A stretch of 64,000 bases of DNA from a virus (IMGVR_UViG_3300034993_000085:5479-69478); one strand, 5' to 3'; shown: positions 1-9,420, numbered from the stretch's first letter. A program made the numbers and translations. The notes: a model not told the origin generated them from the letters alone.

Positions 1-470
1 TGGTAGGTTCCTGTGAGCCCGGACTCAGTAACCAGACGCTCGAAAGCTGCCGCGCGTGCCGCTTCGGTCTGCTGGCCCTGGTACATCCCCGTAAGGCCAG
101 CTTCGGCCATCGCGTTCGCAAGGGCTCGCTGCTGTTCCGCGACCGTCTGCTGGCCGTTATACATGCCCGTAAGCTCGGCTTCGGACATCTGATTCTCAAG
201 AAGCCGCTGCTGTTCGAGCGTGGTCGGGGCGCCGTTGTACATGCCGGTCAGCGATGCGGTCTGGAACGCCTCATTGAACGCTTGCTGCGCTTTCTGGAAA
301 GCAAGCTGTTCCTTGTCCATCTCGGACAGGTGCGCGAACTGGGGCTGCTCCAGTTCGGTGAACCGCATCCGCTGGAACTCTTGCTGCGCGGCCTGCTGAG
401 CTACCTGGGCTGCAAGCTGGGCAGCTTGCAGGTTTATCATCTGCTGTTGGGCTTTGCTTACCTTCGCCAT
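1..470 (-). CDS. Virion/internal protein with 26-aa repeats, truncated by left window edge
   Basis: ATG at 470 with AAGGG RBS; hand translation MAKVSKAQQQ... is open to base 1; LTG(M/T)Y recurs every 26 aa. Not in the ORF track. Function inferred from position only. Confidence 0.75.
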   Translation of the reverse strand, partial: MAKVSKAQQQMINLQAAQLAAQVAQQAAQQEFQRMRFTELEQPQFAHLSEMDKEQLAFQKAQQAFNEAFQTASLTGMYNGAPTTLEQQRLLENQMSEAELTGMYNGQQTVAEQQRALANAMAEAGLTGMYQGQQTEAARAAAFERLVTESGLTGTY

Positions 471-481
471 GTCACGCCCTT

Positions 482-997
482 CTAGTAGCTCGGAGCACTC
501 GGCTCTTCTGGTTCAGGCGCTACGGGCGGAGCGCTTGGCTGCGGTTCCGGAGTATCTTCATCGTTGTGAAGATAGAAATCCTTTGGCTCGACTATAAACG
601 GTCGGACCCGTTTCTCCATAACTTCTGCCATGATCTTCGCAACACCGGCAGTACCATAGATCGCCTGAAGCTCCGCGCGGCCTGACTCGTTCACCTGGCC
701 ATCGTCCTTGAACAGCTTTGACCGGAACAAATCGAGCTTTTGCTCTTCGTTCAGGTTCGCGCTGAATGGCGCTCTGGTTCCCTGAGCAAACGCCTCCGCT
801 ACGTACTGCACGTCATCATCGAAGTCCAACATGACCTCATGCGTGACTTCATCGAGCCAGTGCGCGTTTGCATCCGGGGGAGCGGGCTTCGCGATCTTCC
901 CAGGCTGACTGAAATACTGAGGTATCGCCTCAGCTTTCTTCTCGGCCTTGGGGTCAACCGGGACATACCCAAGAGGGACTTCAAACGGTCGAGCCAT
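482..997 (-). CDS. Hypothetical protein downstream of portal
   Basis: 171-aa ORF abutting the portal stop; Pro/Glu-rich C-terminus. Confidence 0.7.
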   Translation of the reverse strand: MARPFEVPLGYVPVDPKAEKKAEAIPQYFSQPGKIAKPAPPDANAHWLDEVTHEVMLDFDDDVQYVAEAFAQGTRAPFSANLNEEQKLDLFRSKLFKDDGQVNESGRAELQAIYGTAGVAKIMAEVMEKRVRPFIVEPKDFYLHNDEDTPEPQPSAPPVAPEPEEPSAPSY

Positions 998-3121
998 TTA
1001 CCTTCCCATCCCAGGTATCGGCGCCTGATTCTGCGGGGCGCCTCTCACCCCTGCCGGAGCGCCGGGAGGCGTACCAGGAATCTGAGGGGAGAACTGCGGC
1101 ATCGGACGCACGCCAGGGGGTATCGGTCCCTGCGCTTCTGGACCAGGCACGGGGCCAGGCATCGGAACCGGCATAGGCCCGGCAACCACCGCTTGCTGTG
1201 GCGGAGCTATCGCTGCCTGGGGTGCGCCGGGCAACTGATCGCGAACCCCAGAAAGCGCTTGCTGGTCCATGGTACCGAGACTCTGGAACACGCGTTGCTT
1301 AATGGCTTGCTTCACTGCCGGATCGTTCTCGATCTCGTACAGCATCCACCCGCGCTTCACTTCTATTGCGTTGTTCCCCAGAGCTTCGATAGCCTGTTCA
1401 TATGTTTCAAGCCGCATACGAAGGAGTTCAGCATGGGTTCGGACCTCGACGGTGAGATTACTAGGACTCTTAGGCTTAAGCTGGCACTCATATCGGTGTA
1501 GCCCCCCAAGGTCATCGGGACCGATGCTAATCCATCCCGGCTTAAACCGTCTCTTATTTCTGCCTGATCCATACGGTACCTGCCCCCAAACGTAGACGGT
1601 CTCTTGTACCCGGTTCTCAATGAGCCACGACTCAAAGCCCACACGCTCTGCCATGCAGAATTGCGCGTTGTCCACAATCGGGTCCCACGCGAGGGATGCA
1701 AGGTGCGCCGCCTGGTTGATGGCGTACCCTGCCTGGTCTCCTCCCACGATGCCGGTCGCAGCTTGCGGGAGTGCCATCTCCAGCAGCGAGCGTGTCAGTG
1801 TGATGGCTTTGTCGAGGTCTACCCCCGATCGCGGCTGGTCGATCGGGGAGATGTCATAGGGGTAGATGGTCCCCGGAACGAGGACTTCCTCCTTCGCCAT
1901 CTGCTCGGGAACAGAGAGCCCAAATGGCGCATTCGGGAGGTCGAGCGTACGCGGAGTATTTCGTTTGAATGTCGGAAAGCCTGTCTGAAAAGCTGCCTGC
2001 GACTGAATGGTGAGGAGCGAATCGAGCAGGGGAAACAAGTGCATGTAAGCGAACAGGATCGACACGCCTTGCTTCTCGATTTCCCGGGAAGCGGTAGTGA
2101 TGCCGTGGGCGTGGAAGTATGGGCCGCGAAGTACCCCACGATCGAGGTCTCCGTACCCGTGCTTGAGCCGTTTGACAATCCAACCCGACCCATATCCTGT
2201 TTGCTCAATATCCCCCGGCCCCCGCAGTACATACAACACCTCATCCGGCCACCACACTTCAACGAACTTCAGCGTCCGTATCGATGACATCGCTGACCCC
2301 CACATCGTTCGTGGGAGCCCCATCGCTTCGGGGCATACGCGCCCTTTTGCGTCGAGCGACATGCCGTAGCGCTTGAGGGTGTCGTAGTATGGGACCTCTT
2401 TCTCTTCGACGCAGCAGGAATACCCGTCCTCGTTCTTAACGTAGTAGAAACTCTCAGGGGGAACATCGGTACTATGGATCGGAAACGGCGCCATTTGCTT
2501 GTACTGCTCGGTCTGCTTATCGAACAGCCGGTCGCGCATATCCGGATCGAGATATCCATCATCGACCTGGCCGTCAAGGGCCTTGCTCAAATCCTGCGTG
2601 AACTTCGTGTACCCGGACCATGCCCGCATCGTGTGTTCAACGGTCTTGATGATGCCTTCCCCCTTGGTGACGAGGGAGTACATGAAGAGTCGCCAGATGC
2701 GCCGCTTCGCGTCGGATTCCTGACGCTTCCAACTGCCGTGAAAAAAGTTCTCGCGCTTCAGCGAGTTGTTCTCGATTGTCGGTCCCTCGCCTACGCCCTC
2801 GAAAGAAATGCGCGGAGGGTTGATCGACAGCGCCGCGACGATTGAGTGCGCAATGTGCATGGGGAGTGGGGAGCGCACGTCAACGGATGTGGTCCGGTAG
2901 CTCTCGGGGATGTACGCGGCGCGCTCTAAGAAAAGGACTTCATCGATGTTCTTATAGAGGATGTTCCGCTTATCAAAGTCCCACTGTAGCTGCTGGAGCA
3001 CTTCAAGCGCCTGGCACACCAGGGCATCATTGGTCAGGCCCCCATCGCCCATGGTTCCCTGGGTCGCGAGAAGATCGGCCTGTGAAGGGAAGCCGGAGTA
3101 CCCTGTTGCTACTGCCACCAC
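998..3121 (-). CDS. Portal protein (podovirus-type)
   Basis: 707 aa directly after terL; Pro/Gly-rich C-terminal tail. Assignment from synteny and size. Confidence 0.7.
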   Translation of the reverse strand: MVAVATGYSGFPSQADLLATQGTMGDGGLTNDALVCQALEVLQQLQWDFDKRNILYKNIDEVLFLERAAYIPESYRTTSVDVRSPLPMHIAHSIVAALSINPPRISFEGVGEGPTIENNSLKRENFFHGSWKRQESDAKRRIWRLFMYSLVTKGEGIIKTVEHTMRAWSGYTKFTQDLSKALDGQVDDGYLDPDMRDRLFDKQTEQYKQMAPFPIHSTDVPPESFYYVKNEDGYSCCVEEKEVPYYDTLKRYGMSLDAKGRVCPEAMGLPRTMWGSAMSSIRTLKFVEVWWPDEVLYVLRGPGDIEQTGYGSGWIVKRLKHGYGDLDRGVLRGPYFHAHGITTASREIEKQGVSILFAYMHLFPLLDSLLTIQSQAAFQTGFPTFKRNTPRTLDLPNAPFGLSVPEQMAKEEVLVPGTIYPYDISPIDQPRSGVDLDKAITLTRSLLEMALPQAATGIVGGDQAGYAINQAAHLASLAWDPIVDNAQFCMAERVGFESWLIENRVQETVYVWGQVPYGSGRNKRRFKPGWISIGPDDLGGLHRYECQLKPKSPSNLTVEVRTHAELLRMRLETYEQAIEALGNNAIEVKRGWMLYEIENDPAVKQAIKQRVFQSLGTMDQQALSGVRDQLPGAPQAAIAPPQQAVVAGPMPVPMPGPVPGPEAQGPIPPGVRPMPQFSPQIPGTPPGAPAGVRGAPQNQAPIPGMGR

Positions 3122-4729
3122 TCAGCCTCCATACCGCATCTTCACTGGACGCCCGTCCCCCTGCATCTGAGCCGCGAGGACCATCTCTGCTATCCCGGAC
3201 AAACCATCGACCTGATCCTTGTACTTTACCCGAGGAAAGCCCAGACATTCATTCACGAAAGCCTTGGCCCACGGAGCATCGAGATCAACGAACAGTGTCC
3301 CGTGCGTCGCCTTGCCTGCCGGGAGTCGCGCTCGCACGATCTTATCCTGCGTGGACGGGATCACCTGTATGGTACAGAATGCCCGGTTCATCACGTTGAA
3401 CGCGATCGACTTGCACTCCTTCGAGCGGAACGCCGAGTCCTCCATTCCGATAGCATGGGGACGCATCCGGCGCACCACATCCACGATTGCGTCCTCTAGA
3501 GCGGGAGACTCCACCTGAAGCCGAACGAGGTCCGTGATGTACAGGTTGTAGCGTTCGTCTACGCACCCCGAGATGATGACTGAGTAGCAGGCCGACTCTT
3601 TCTTTGAGAAGGCTGGATCGATGTAGGTGAAACGGTAGCTCTTTTCAAAGATGCTCGGGTGTACCGAATCTCCCCGGTAAAAATCAATCGGTAAGGGACG
3701 GAAATCTTCCCGGTTTTTGAATATATCTCCGCCCGCGACTTCAGGATGGTGTTGATAAACGATTTGGAAGGTGGATTCATTCTTCGCGCGCTCCTTTGCG
3801 TAGAACTCTGCTGAGAAGCGCTCCGGCCACAGGGGCTCCCCCGGCAAACGCCCCAGCGGGTCATTCTCCTCTGCGATGCCGGGGATCGCGTAGATCAGCC
3901 ACTCGCTCGGATCGAGATCGCGCTGCTCAAGGAAGTGCCCCCCAAGGTCATCCTCAACCCAGCGGGTCATGATGGCTATCTCGATTCCTTCGTCGATCGC
4001 ATTCTCGACATCCGCATCGTCCGGGCGCTGGAGTCGGGGCACCACCGTCATGTCGTGGTAGCGCTTGGCGAACGACTGCTCGGTCGGAGACTCCGCCGCT
4101 TTCTGAGACAGGGGGTCATCGACGATCACCACGTTAGCGCGAGCACCGATGATCGATGCGCCCCAGCCCACGTTCCGGTAAGCCGGGTCCTTCTGGTGGA
4201 GCGGTGTTCCGTACAAGAACGCTCCGTCCGACGACCATCCACGCTTGATGTGTGGCCGGCATGCTCGGTCAGGAAAGATGTTGCGGTGCCGGAAGTCGTC
4301 CGATAGACCCGCGCGGACCGTGCTGCCGAAGAATCCAGCGTTCGTGTCAGCCGATGTCAGGAACAGTACCGAGTGGTTCGGGTGTCGCCCCAGGTACCAC
4401 TTGACGAAGATCAGCGAAACATACGTGGACTTCGCCATGTTCGGCGGCGCCAGGAGCAAGAGCTTCCGCTGCGGGAACGCGCGCTGCTCCATCTTCTGAA
4501 GGAGATCGATCCAGAACAGGTGGTGCCGCTGCGGCTCCATCTGGTGCACGTAGCGTGTGTACTCCGCAAGATCGTTGCGGATAAGCTCACACCGAGCTTC
4601 CGCCTCTTCCGGTGTCGAGCCTAGGTCGGTGTCGAAGTTTTGTCGAACGGCGCGTTGCTGCGCTTGCATCCGGTACATCGTCTGCGCAATGAGCGCATCC
4701 GCTTGGCTCCGATCAACAACGACCCCCAT
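3122..4729 (-). CDS. terL: Terminase large subunit
   Basis: Walker A-like APPNMAKST, Walker B VVIVDDP, nuclease motifs YIDPA and KDQVDG typical of Terminase_6/6C. Confidence 0.92.
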   Translation of the reverse strand: MGVVVDRSQADALIAQTMYRMQAQQRAVRQNFDTDLGSTPEEAEARCELIRNDLAEYTRYVHQMEPQRHHLFWIDLLQKMEQRAFPQRKLLLLAPPNMAKSTYVSLIFVKWYLGRHPNHSVLFLTSADTNAGFFGSTVRAGLSDDFRHRNIFPDRACRPHIKRGWSSDGAFLYGTPLHQKDPAYRNVGWGASIIGARANVVIVDDPLSQKAAESPTEQSFAKRYHDMTVVPRLQRPDDADVENAIDEGIEIAIMTRWVEDDLGGHFLEQRDLDPSEWLIYAIPGIAEENDPLGRLPGEPLWPERFSAEFYAKERAKNESTFQIVYQHHPEVAGGDIFKNREDFRPLPIDFYRGDSVHPSIFEKSYRFTYIDPAFSKKESACYSVIISGCVDERYNLYITDLVRLQVESPALEDAIVDVVRRMRPHAIGMEDSAFRSKECKSIAFNVMNRAFCTIQVIPSTQDKIVRARLPAGKATHGTLFVDLDAPWAKAFVNECLGFPRVKYKDQVDGLSGIAEMVLAAQMQGDGRPVKMRYGG

Positions 4730-5233
4730 CTACTCGCCTTTTTCCTCCGTGTGACGGTCGGCATGGTCAGCCGGGTGAATGACGCCCTGCTGCCCCGCGT
4801 GCCCATGAGCCACCTGTTCAATCGTGTCCATGCGCACGTCCTCCGCATCCATGCGTCGGTCCTGCGCGTCCATGCGAGCGTCCATCTGCGCCGGTGCATT
4901 GTCTATCCGGTTCGCCCAGAACTGATCGCTCCACAGAGTCGCGACCATGCACGCCTCCGCAGCAATGAGTAGGACGATGCTCAAGATGCGCGTCGCATAT
5001 TCCGGTAACGGGAGCGCCGCCACAATCGCCACAGCAACACAGCACACGATGCCCAGGCTCAGCAGTGCCGTCCGCGCTACACGCGACTTGAGCAAAAGCC
5101 AGCGCAGCGACCCACCCTTCTTCTTGACGTAGTGGTACTCGTCTATCCGGCGCATGATGAATGACGGGATACCCGCTATACCAATCATGGCTACCACTAC
5201 CCAGATCATTAACTCAGGTGAAGGAGGCGCCAC
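4730..5233 (-). CDS. Membrane protein (3 hydrophobic segments plus coiled tail), possibly lysis-related
   Basis: 167-aa ORF with clear hydrophobic helices; abuts terL start. Confidence 0.6.
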   Translation of the reverse strand: MAPPSPELMIWVVVAMIGIAGIPSFIMRRIDEYHYVKKKGGSLRWLLLKSRVARTALLSLGIVCCVAVAIVAALPLPEYATRILSIVLLIAAEACMVATLWSDQFWANRIDNAPAQMDARMDAQDRRMDAEDVRMDTIEQVAHGHAGQQGVIHPADHADRHTEEKGE

Positions 5234-5234
5234 G

Positions 5235-5408
5235 TCAAGACGGCTCTCTACGGCGAATGATATTCACCTCAGCATCGAACGTCGCTCTGGCTCTTTCTGT
5301 CCGGACTTCCAGGCTCTCGGCTTCATGTCGCCGACTGCGTATTCGGATATCAGGCATGTTCGGTGTGCACCATAGTCCAGTAAGCCAGCAGACCAATTTT
5401 TGGATCAT
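5235..5408 (-). CDS. Small hypothetical protein (57 aa)
   Basis: ATG at 5408 overlaps the TGA of the upstream gene (ATGA); MIQKLVCWLTGLW... Confidence 0.55.
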   Translation of the reverse strand: MIQKLVCWLTGLWCTPNMPDIRIRSRRHEAESLEVRTERARATFDAEVNIIRRREPS

Positions 5409-5662
5409 TGCCGTGAGCTTTTGAGTGCCTCCGCTCCATGCTCCAGCCCCGAGACACCCTTGTACGCGATGTCCGCGAACTTGTCCCGTTCCTCTACCGT
5501 GTCCGCTAATCGCGCTGTCAGCGCCGCTACTATCGCGTCGTGGCTGGGCTTCCAGATAACCCGCCCGCTCATTGAAAGCCATAACACTCCAAAAAACATC
5601 ACAAGCGGTAGACCGTATTGTGTCGTTACCGCAAAGATGTCCATGTCCATCCCATTAGCCAC
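5405..5662 (-). CDS. Holin-like single-TM protein
   Basis: 85 aa: N-terminal TM (YGLPLVMFFGVLWL) followed by a charged helix. Confidence 0.45.
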   Translation of the reverse strand: MANGMDMDIFAVTTQYGLPLVMFFGVLWLSMSGRVIWKPSHDAIVAALTARLADTVEERDKFADIAYKGVSGLEHGAEALKSSRQ

Positions 5663-6299
5663 CCATCTGCCGGGCCTGTTTCACGATTGCCTCGACTTCG
5701 AGCACCGCAGCGTCGGGGTCGAGTCCCATTTTCTTTGCCATCTCGCGAACGTCCTGTTCGATGTCCACACGAATTGGCGTGTTGGTACCCAGGAGCTTCG
5801 CCCGGGAATCTTCGAGCTTGAGAATACGATCGACCGCACCCAGGTTGCCGTTCATGGCTGCCGGGAAGAGCGCCGCAAGAAGCTCATCCATGCGCGCAAG
5901 GCTCAGGTACCGGGATGTCTCGGTTTGCTTGGCCTCTTCCGCGACGCGGTTCTGAAGCTCTTCAAAGAGATACGTCTGAACAACGGATACCGGCAGATCA
6001 AGATGGGACGCGATGTCCAGAGTATCGAAGCCTTCTATCCGGAGATCAAGCACCATCTGGCGCTGTTCGTCGTTACGGGTCGGCTTCTCATACGTTCCCA
6101 GGCGCTCGCGACGCTGCTTACTCACGATTTCTCCTAGCGCTTCACTCTGCCGGACTAAGCGTTGGGCTGCCCCTACAGATATACCACATTGCGTCGCGAT
6201 TACCGGATACGAGAGCCCCAGTCCACGGGCTTGTACTACCCGGTGACGAAGGACGGCATGGGCTACGATATTCCGTTCCCTGTCGCTTTTTATTCCCAC
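5655..6299 (-). CDS. terS: Terminase small subunit (HTH)
   Basis: HTH-like segments plus RMDELL...AVDRILKLEDSRAKLLG, upstream of terL. Start uncertain: a GTG at 6125 has a strong AGGAG RBS. Confidence 0.7.
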   Translation of the reverse strand: MGIKSDRERNIVAHAVLRHRVVQARGLGLSYPVIATQCGISVGAAQRLVRQSEALGEIVSKQRRERLGTYEKPTRNDEQRQMVLDLRIEGFDTLDIASHLDLPVSVVQTYLFEELQNRVAEEAKQTETSRYLSLARMDELLAALFPAAMNGNLGAVDRILKLEDSRAKLLGTNTPIRVDIEQDVREMAKKMGLDPDAAVLEVEAIVKQARQMGG

Positions 6300-6335
6300 A
6301 ACAAAAGCCTACCCGAAACGGGCAGGCTTTTGTTG
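6299..6335 (-). terminator. Intrinsic terminator
   Basis: CAACAAAAGCCT..CCCG/CGGG..AGGCTTTTGTTG inverted repeat with U-tract. Confidence 0.7.
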
Positions 6336-6361
6336 GCGAGTCAACCACCACCGTCTTTAGT

Positions 6362-6658
6362 TTACACCCGCTGAGTCCCAGGATGTTGAATCTCGTACAC
6401 GACGCGCTGAATATCCGGGAGCATATCCGCGCCGCACTGGCGGCACACGATAAGCTCCCCTTTCTGCGGGGCTTCCCCGTTGGGGTACGCCATATCCAAT
6501 GCACTGAATGCCGCGTTCACCACAATCGGGCTCTTCCGGATGTAGAGCACGGGCTGATTACACGGCTGATCCGCCCACATCGGCGGAGCAAGCTCCCCGC
6601 CCTGGTGCACAACCGGCGCCCATTCGGTCGGGTCCTGAAGGTCGTCTACTGGATACAT
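6362..6658 (-). CDS. Hypothetical protein with CxxC
   Basis: 98-aa ORF in a tightly packed operon. Confidence 0.6.
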   Translation of the reverse strand: MYPVDDLQDPTEWAPVVHQGGELAPPMWADQPCNQPVLYIRKSPIVVNAAFSALDMAYPNGEAPQKGELIVCRQCGADMLPDIQRVVYEIQHPGTQRV

Positions 6659-7143
6659 TCTTCCCCTTCCCTGGTGAGGCGGTATCGACGCCCTTGATCG
6701 TCGTTCTTTTCGTCTGGGGCAAGCTCCACGAGCCCAATATCCACGAGCTTATTCGCCGCCTGTCCCACGCTGCGCTGCGTTCGATCAATGATGCTCGCAA
6801 TGACCGCCGTAGGGAGCCCTCGCTCCTCTTCATAAAGCGCCGCGACAACCTCGTGGTGAATGTCCCGGAGAAACCGATGCTTGATCGCAACGGACGGGAG
6901 CTTGCGAGTCTTGAGGACATCGGGCGTCTTGACGATCGGTGCTTCTCTCGCACAGAGCGAACAGGTCAAGACCTTTCCTATATCCGCATGGTTAATCAAT
7001 AGTACCCGCCCATTACAGTGACGGCACACCAACTGGAATGCCCGGTTACTCGCCGCGAGGGCCTCAATTTCGTACTCAAAGAACGGCTGAGATAGATCGA
7101 CGCTGGTGCACATTGCCGGCGTTCGCACCGTCATGCTCTCCAT
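6646..7143 (-). CDS. Zn-ribbon plus MarR-type winged-HTH DNA-binding protein
   Basis: CxxC pairs, then LPTAVIASIIDRTQRSVGQAANKLVDIGLVE...RRYRLT; ATG at 7143 with AAGGAG RBS. Confidence 0.7.
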   Translation of the reverse strand: MESMTVRTPAMCTSVDLSQPFFEYEIEALAASNRAFQLVCRHCNGRVLLINHADIGKVLTCSLCAREAPIVKTPDVLKTRKLPSVAIKHRFLRDIHHEVVAALYEEERGLPTAVIASIIDRTQRSVGQAANKLVDIGLVELAPDEKNDDQGRRYRLTREGEECIQ

Positions 7144-7315
7144 ATTTTCTCCTTTTCCATTGTGTCCAGTAGTCCCAGACCATCTCCCACGAAGAGAGCC
7201 ACACAAACGTGTGGCCCTTTCCTTCGTGGTTTTTATGGTAGATGTGTTCGATATCGAACGGGTCAAGCGGCCCGACTAAAAAGAATCCACACGAGCACGC
7301 TACGCCCTGGTTCAT
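7076..7315 (-). CDS. Hypothetical protein (79 aa)
   Basis: ATG at 7315 overlaps the upstream TGA (ATGA); MNQGVACSCGFF... Confidence 0.45.
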   Translation of the reverse strand: MNQGVACSCGFFLVGPLDPFDIEHIYHKNHEGKGHTFVWLSSWEMVWDYWTQWKRRKYGEHDGANAGNVHQRRSISAVL

Positions 7316-7560
7316 CGTGGGTCGTAGTTCCCGGCAGCGATGAACACGCAGTTTTGTACCGGGCATAGCTCCTTTGGCTCTTTCTTTTGGAACGTGTGCC
7401 CGTAGGTGCATCGATAGTCTGTTACCCAGACGTTCGGGTTATGGATGTGCTCGACATCATCGTTGTCCCAGAACGTGTTCGACTCCTTGGTCGTTGGTAC
7501 CCGCTGTACCCGGTACACGTAGTGGGGGTCTTTCTTCTGTTCGCACGTCGGACAGCGCAT
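7312..7560 (-). CDS. Small Cys-containing hypothetical protein
   Basis: 82 aa, CPTC...C motifs, coupled start/stop. Confidence 0.6.
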   Translation of the reverse strand: MRCPTCEQKKDPHYVYRVQRVPTTKESNTFWDNDDVEHIHNPNVWVTDYRCTYGHTFQKKEPKELCPVQNCVFIAAGNYDPR

Positions 7561-8165
7561 CAGTCGGGCATCCCTTCGGCTTTCTTCACGGCAGCGAATG
7601 CCGCATTGAGCTTTTGCATCTTCTCGGTTGATCCTTCGGGTTTGTCAGGATGGTACACCCCCGCGAGCGCCCGGAACGCGGCGCGGATCACGACATGCGG
7701 GGCTCCCTGACACACGCCGAGCGTTTGATGGGGAGTCAATGTCGGACTCAAAGAGCCCCCTGGTGTACGGAAGTAATTCCTCCCTGCCGCCTGCCGGAGA
7801 AGCTCCTCAAATGCGCGGGGATCGAGATAGGGGTTGGCTTGGGGCTGTTCATATGCCCTTCGCTCACTTGCTTTCCACCGCTGATACTCCGGCCAGGGTA
7901 CATCGACTTCGGCGTACGGGTCCCACTCATCGGCGTTAATTGTGTGCTTGGTTGGCCGCGCGTTCCCGTCGTCATCGAAGTAGTGTTCAAGAACATTCAC
8001 GAACTCCGGCATGAGTCCTTCAGGCACGACGTACCGAGACAGCCCATTCATCTTCCCCGGAGTTACCGTTACCTGGGGAAACATCCCCATGACCTCTCCC
8101 TCAAACGGCACGCACCGTGGTGTTGTCACGGTGCAGAACTCCCCCTGGTGGTGCATCGTAATCAC
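7560..8165 (-). CDS. DnaJ (J-domain) protein
   Basis: C-terminal HQTLGV...IRAAFRALAGVYHPDK...MQKLNAAF with intact HPD motif. Confidence 0.85.
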   Translation of the reverse strand: MITMHHQGEFCTVTTPRCVPFEGEVMGMFPQVTVTPGKMNGLSRYVVPEGLMPEFVNVLEHYFDDDGNARPTKHTINADEWDPYAEVDVPWPEYQRWKASERRAYEQPQANPYLDPRAFEELLRQAAGRNYFRTPGGSLSPTLTPHQTLGVCQGAPHVVIRAAFRALAGVYHPDKPEGSTEKMQKLNAAFAAVKKAEGMPD

Positions 8166-8170
8166 GAGAG

Positions 8171-8656
8171 CTAGTCTCCGTACGCTTCCCGGAGCTTTTC
8201 GCGGAGTTCGGGCTTCTCAGCAACAAGCTGATGAATCACGAACATCAGCATATCAGCGGGGATATCTTTGATGGCCGCCAACTTCCCGTCGATGATGACC
8301 GCAGCGGGCGCCGCCGGGGCTCCGTGGCCTGGTACCTGGCAGTTGGGGCTCTTCCCTTCGTGGTCAGCTTCGAAGTGCTCCATCAGGTGCAGTCGCTTTT
8401 CAAGCCCCTGCATGTCATCTTCATCAAGAATCTGCACGACCGTCTCGCCCTTGACGTGCGCAGTGTTCCGATGCACGTCGCCGTGAATTTGGCACGTGTG
8501 GATAAGCACCCCGTCACCGGGTTCGATATCCAGCATCAGATTCATGGTCTTGATGACTTCGGGGTCCGTCTCAAATAGGACCGAACACCCGCGATCAATA
8601 CACCCGCAGCCGTGCGCCAGTCGCCGTGCAAGCTGCTCCTTAGTCATAATGGTCAT
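8171..8656 (-). CDS. Hypothetical protein (161 aa)
   Basis: ATG at 8656 with GGAGG RBS (MTIMTKEQLARR...). The ORF-track extension to 8818 crosses an sRNA/terminator and is unlikely. Confidence 0.65.
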   Translation of the reverse strand: MTIMTKEQLARRLAHGCGCIDRGCSVLFETDPEVIKTMNLMLDIEPGDGVLIHTCQIHGDVHRNTAHVKGETVVQILDEDDMQGLEKRLHLMEHFEADHEGKSPNCQVPGHGAPAAPAAVIIDGKLAAIKDIPADMLMFVIHQLVAEKPELREKLREAYGD

Positions 8657-8721
8657 TGGCTCTGCCTCCGTTTCAGATAGTTGTATATAACACAGTCTTT
8701 TGGCATGGCGCAAGGGGCAAG

Positions 8722-8816
8722 AAAAAGCCGCCCCCGCCCCTGGAGTATTGACCAAAATACAGAGGGCGAGAGCGGCAATCTGAAACAGGTGAGCCTTACC
8801 TGCTGGGGCGGTACCC
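8722..8816 (-). ncRNA. Stand-alone sRNA antisense to the shared translation-initiation region of the ribozyme-array genes
   Basis: Own promoter (8823-8851) and terminator (16-bp stem plus UUUUU at 8722-8726); terminator loop carries UGGUCAAUACUCC, the exact complement of GGAGUAUUGACCA. Confidence 0.65.
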
Positions 8817-8822
8817 ACGGGT

Positions 8823-8851
8823 AGTATATATGGTATTTACCTCGGAATCAA
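8823..8851 (-). promoter_or_regulatory. Sigma70-type promoter for the sRNA
   Basis: TTGATT-17 nt-TATACT on the minus strand. Confidence 0.7.
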
Positions 8852-9103
8852 GCCAACTTGGAGCCGGCGTCGATGTCGCTCCTTTTCTTGTTGCGCGGAG
8901 CGCCCTTCGTGGCAGGGGCAATCACACCCGGAATCTAACTGGTAGTCAAATTCCCCTGGGCTAAGCAACTCGGCCCAGACCCGGTGCATCCAACAGGCTT
9001 GGTGGACGGATATCAACTTCCCGTCGTCGGTCGGCATGAGCAGTGGCCCGCCGTCAAAACGCTCCTCGATGGCCCTGGACATATTGCAGTAGTTCGTAAT
9101 CAC
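8837..9103 (-). CDS. Hypothetical protein
   Basis: 88-aa ORF, GTG start coupled to upstream stop. Confidence 0.55.
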   Translation of the reverse strand: MITNYCNMSRAIEERFDGGPLLMPTDDGKLISVHQACWMHRVWAELLSPGEFDYQLDSGCDCPCHEGRSAQQEKERHRRRLQVGLIPR

Positions 9104-9420
9104 TCGACGACGTTCTCCCGGGCCTCGTGCCAGTGCTCTATCGCCGTTGTGATGTACCCGAGTTTGATAGCCGGGTTCGCCTCATCCTGACTGGTAAGCA
9201 CGCGCTCAATAATTTCGAGATAGTGTTGATGGACGCGCATCACTTGCCGCGCATTGAACACCTGAAGCGATGCCCGGCCATGCTTACACTCTCCTTGTGA
9301 TTGTCTGATGCGCTCCACTCCGCACCGGGCACATACCCAGAACCCCTGCTCGTTCCGCGCAGAGAACCAATGCAGCAGGGGGTCCTTGGGCTCAGCCTGT
9401 GGGGGTGTCTTGCGCGGCAC
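9100..9420 (-). CDS. Hypothetical protein with Zn-finger-like CARC
   Basis: 106-aa ORF with GGGAG RBS. Confidence 0.6.
   Translation of the reverse strand: MPRKTPPQAEPKDPLLHWFSARNEQGFWVCARCGVERIRQSQGECKHGRASLQVFNARQVMRVHQHYLEIIERVLTSQDEANPAIKLGYITTAIEHWHEARENVVE

Noticed and set aside
8228-8234. Hammerhead core CTGATGA (also near 27869)
   Set aside because: No stem II followed by GAAA; lies in or at the start of coding sequence.
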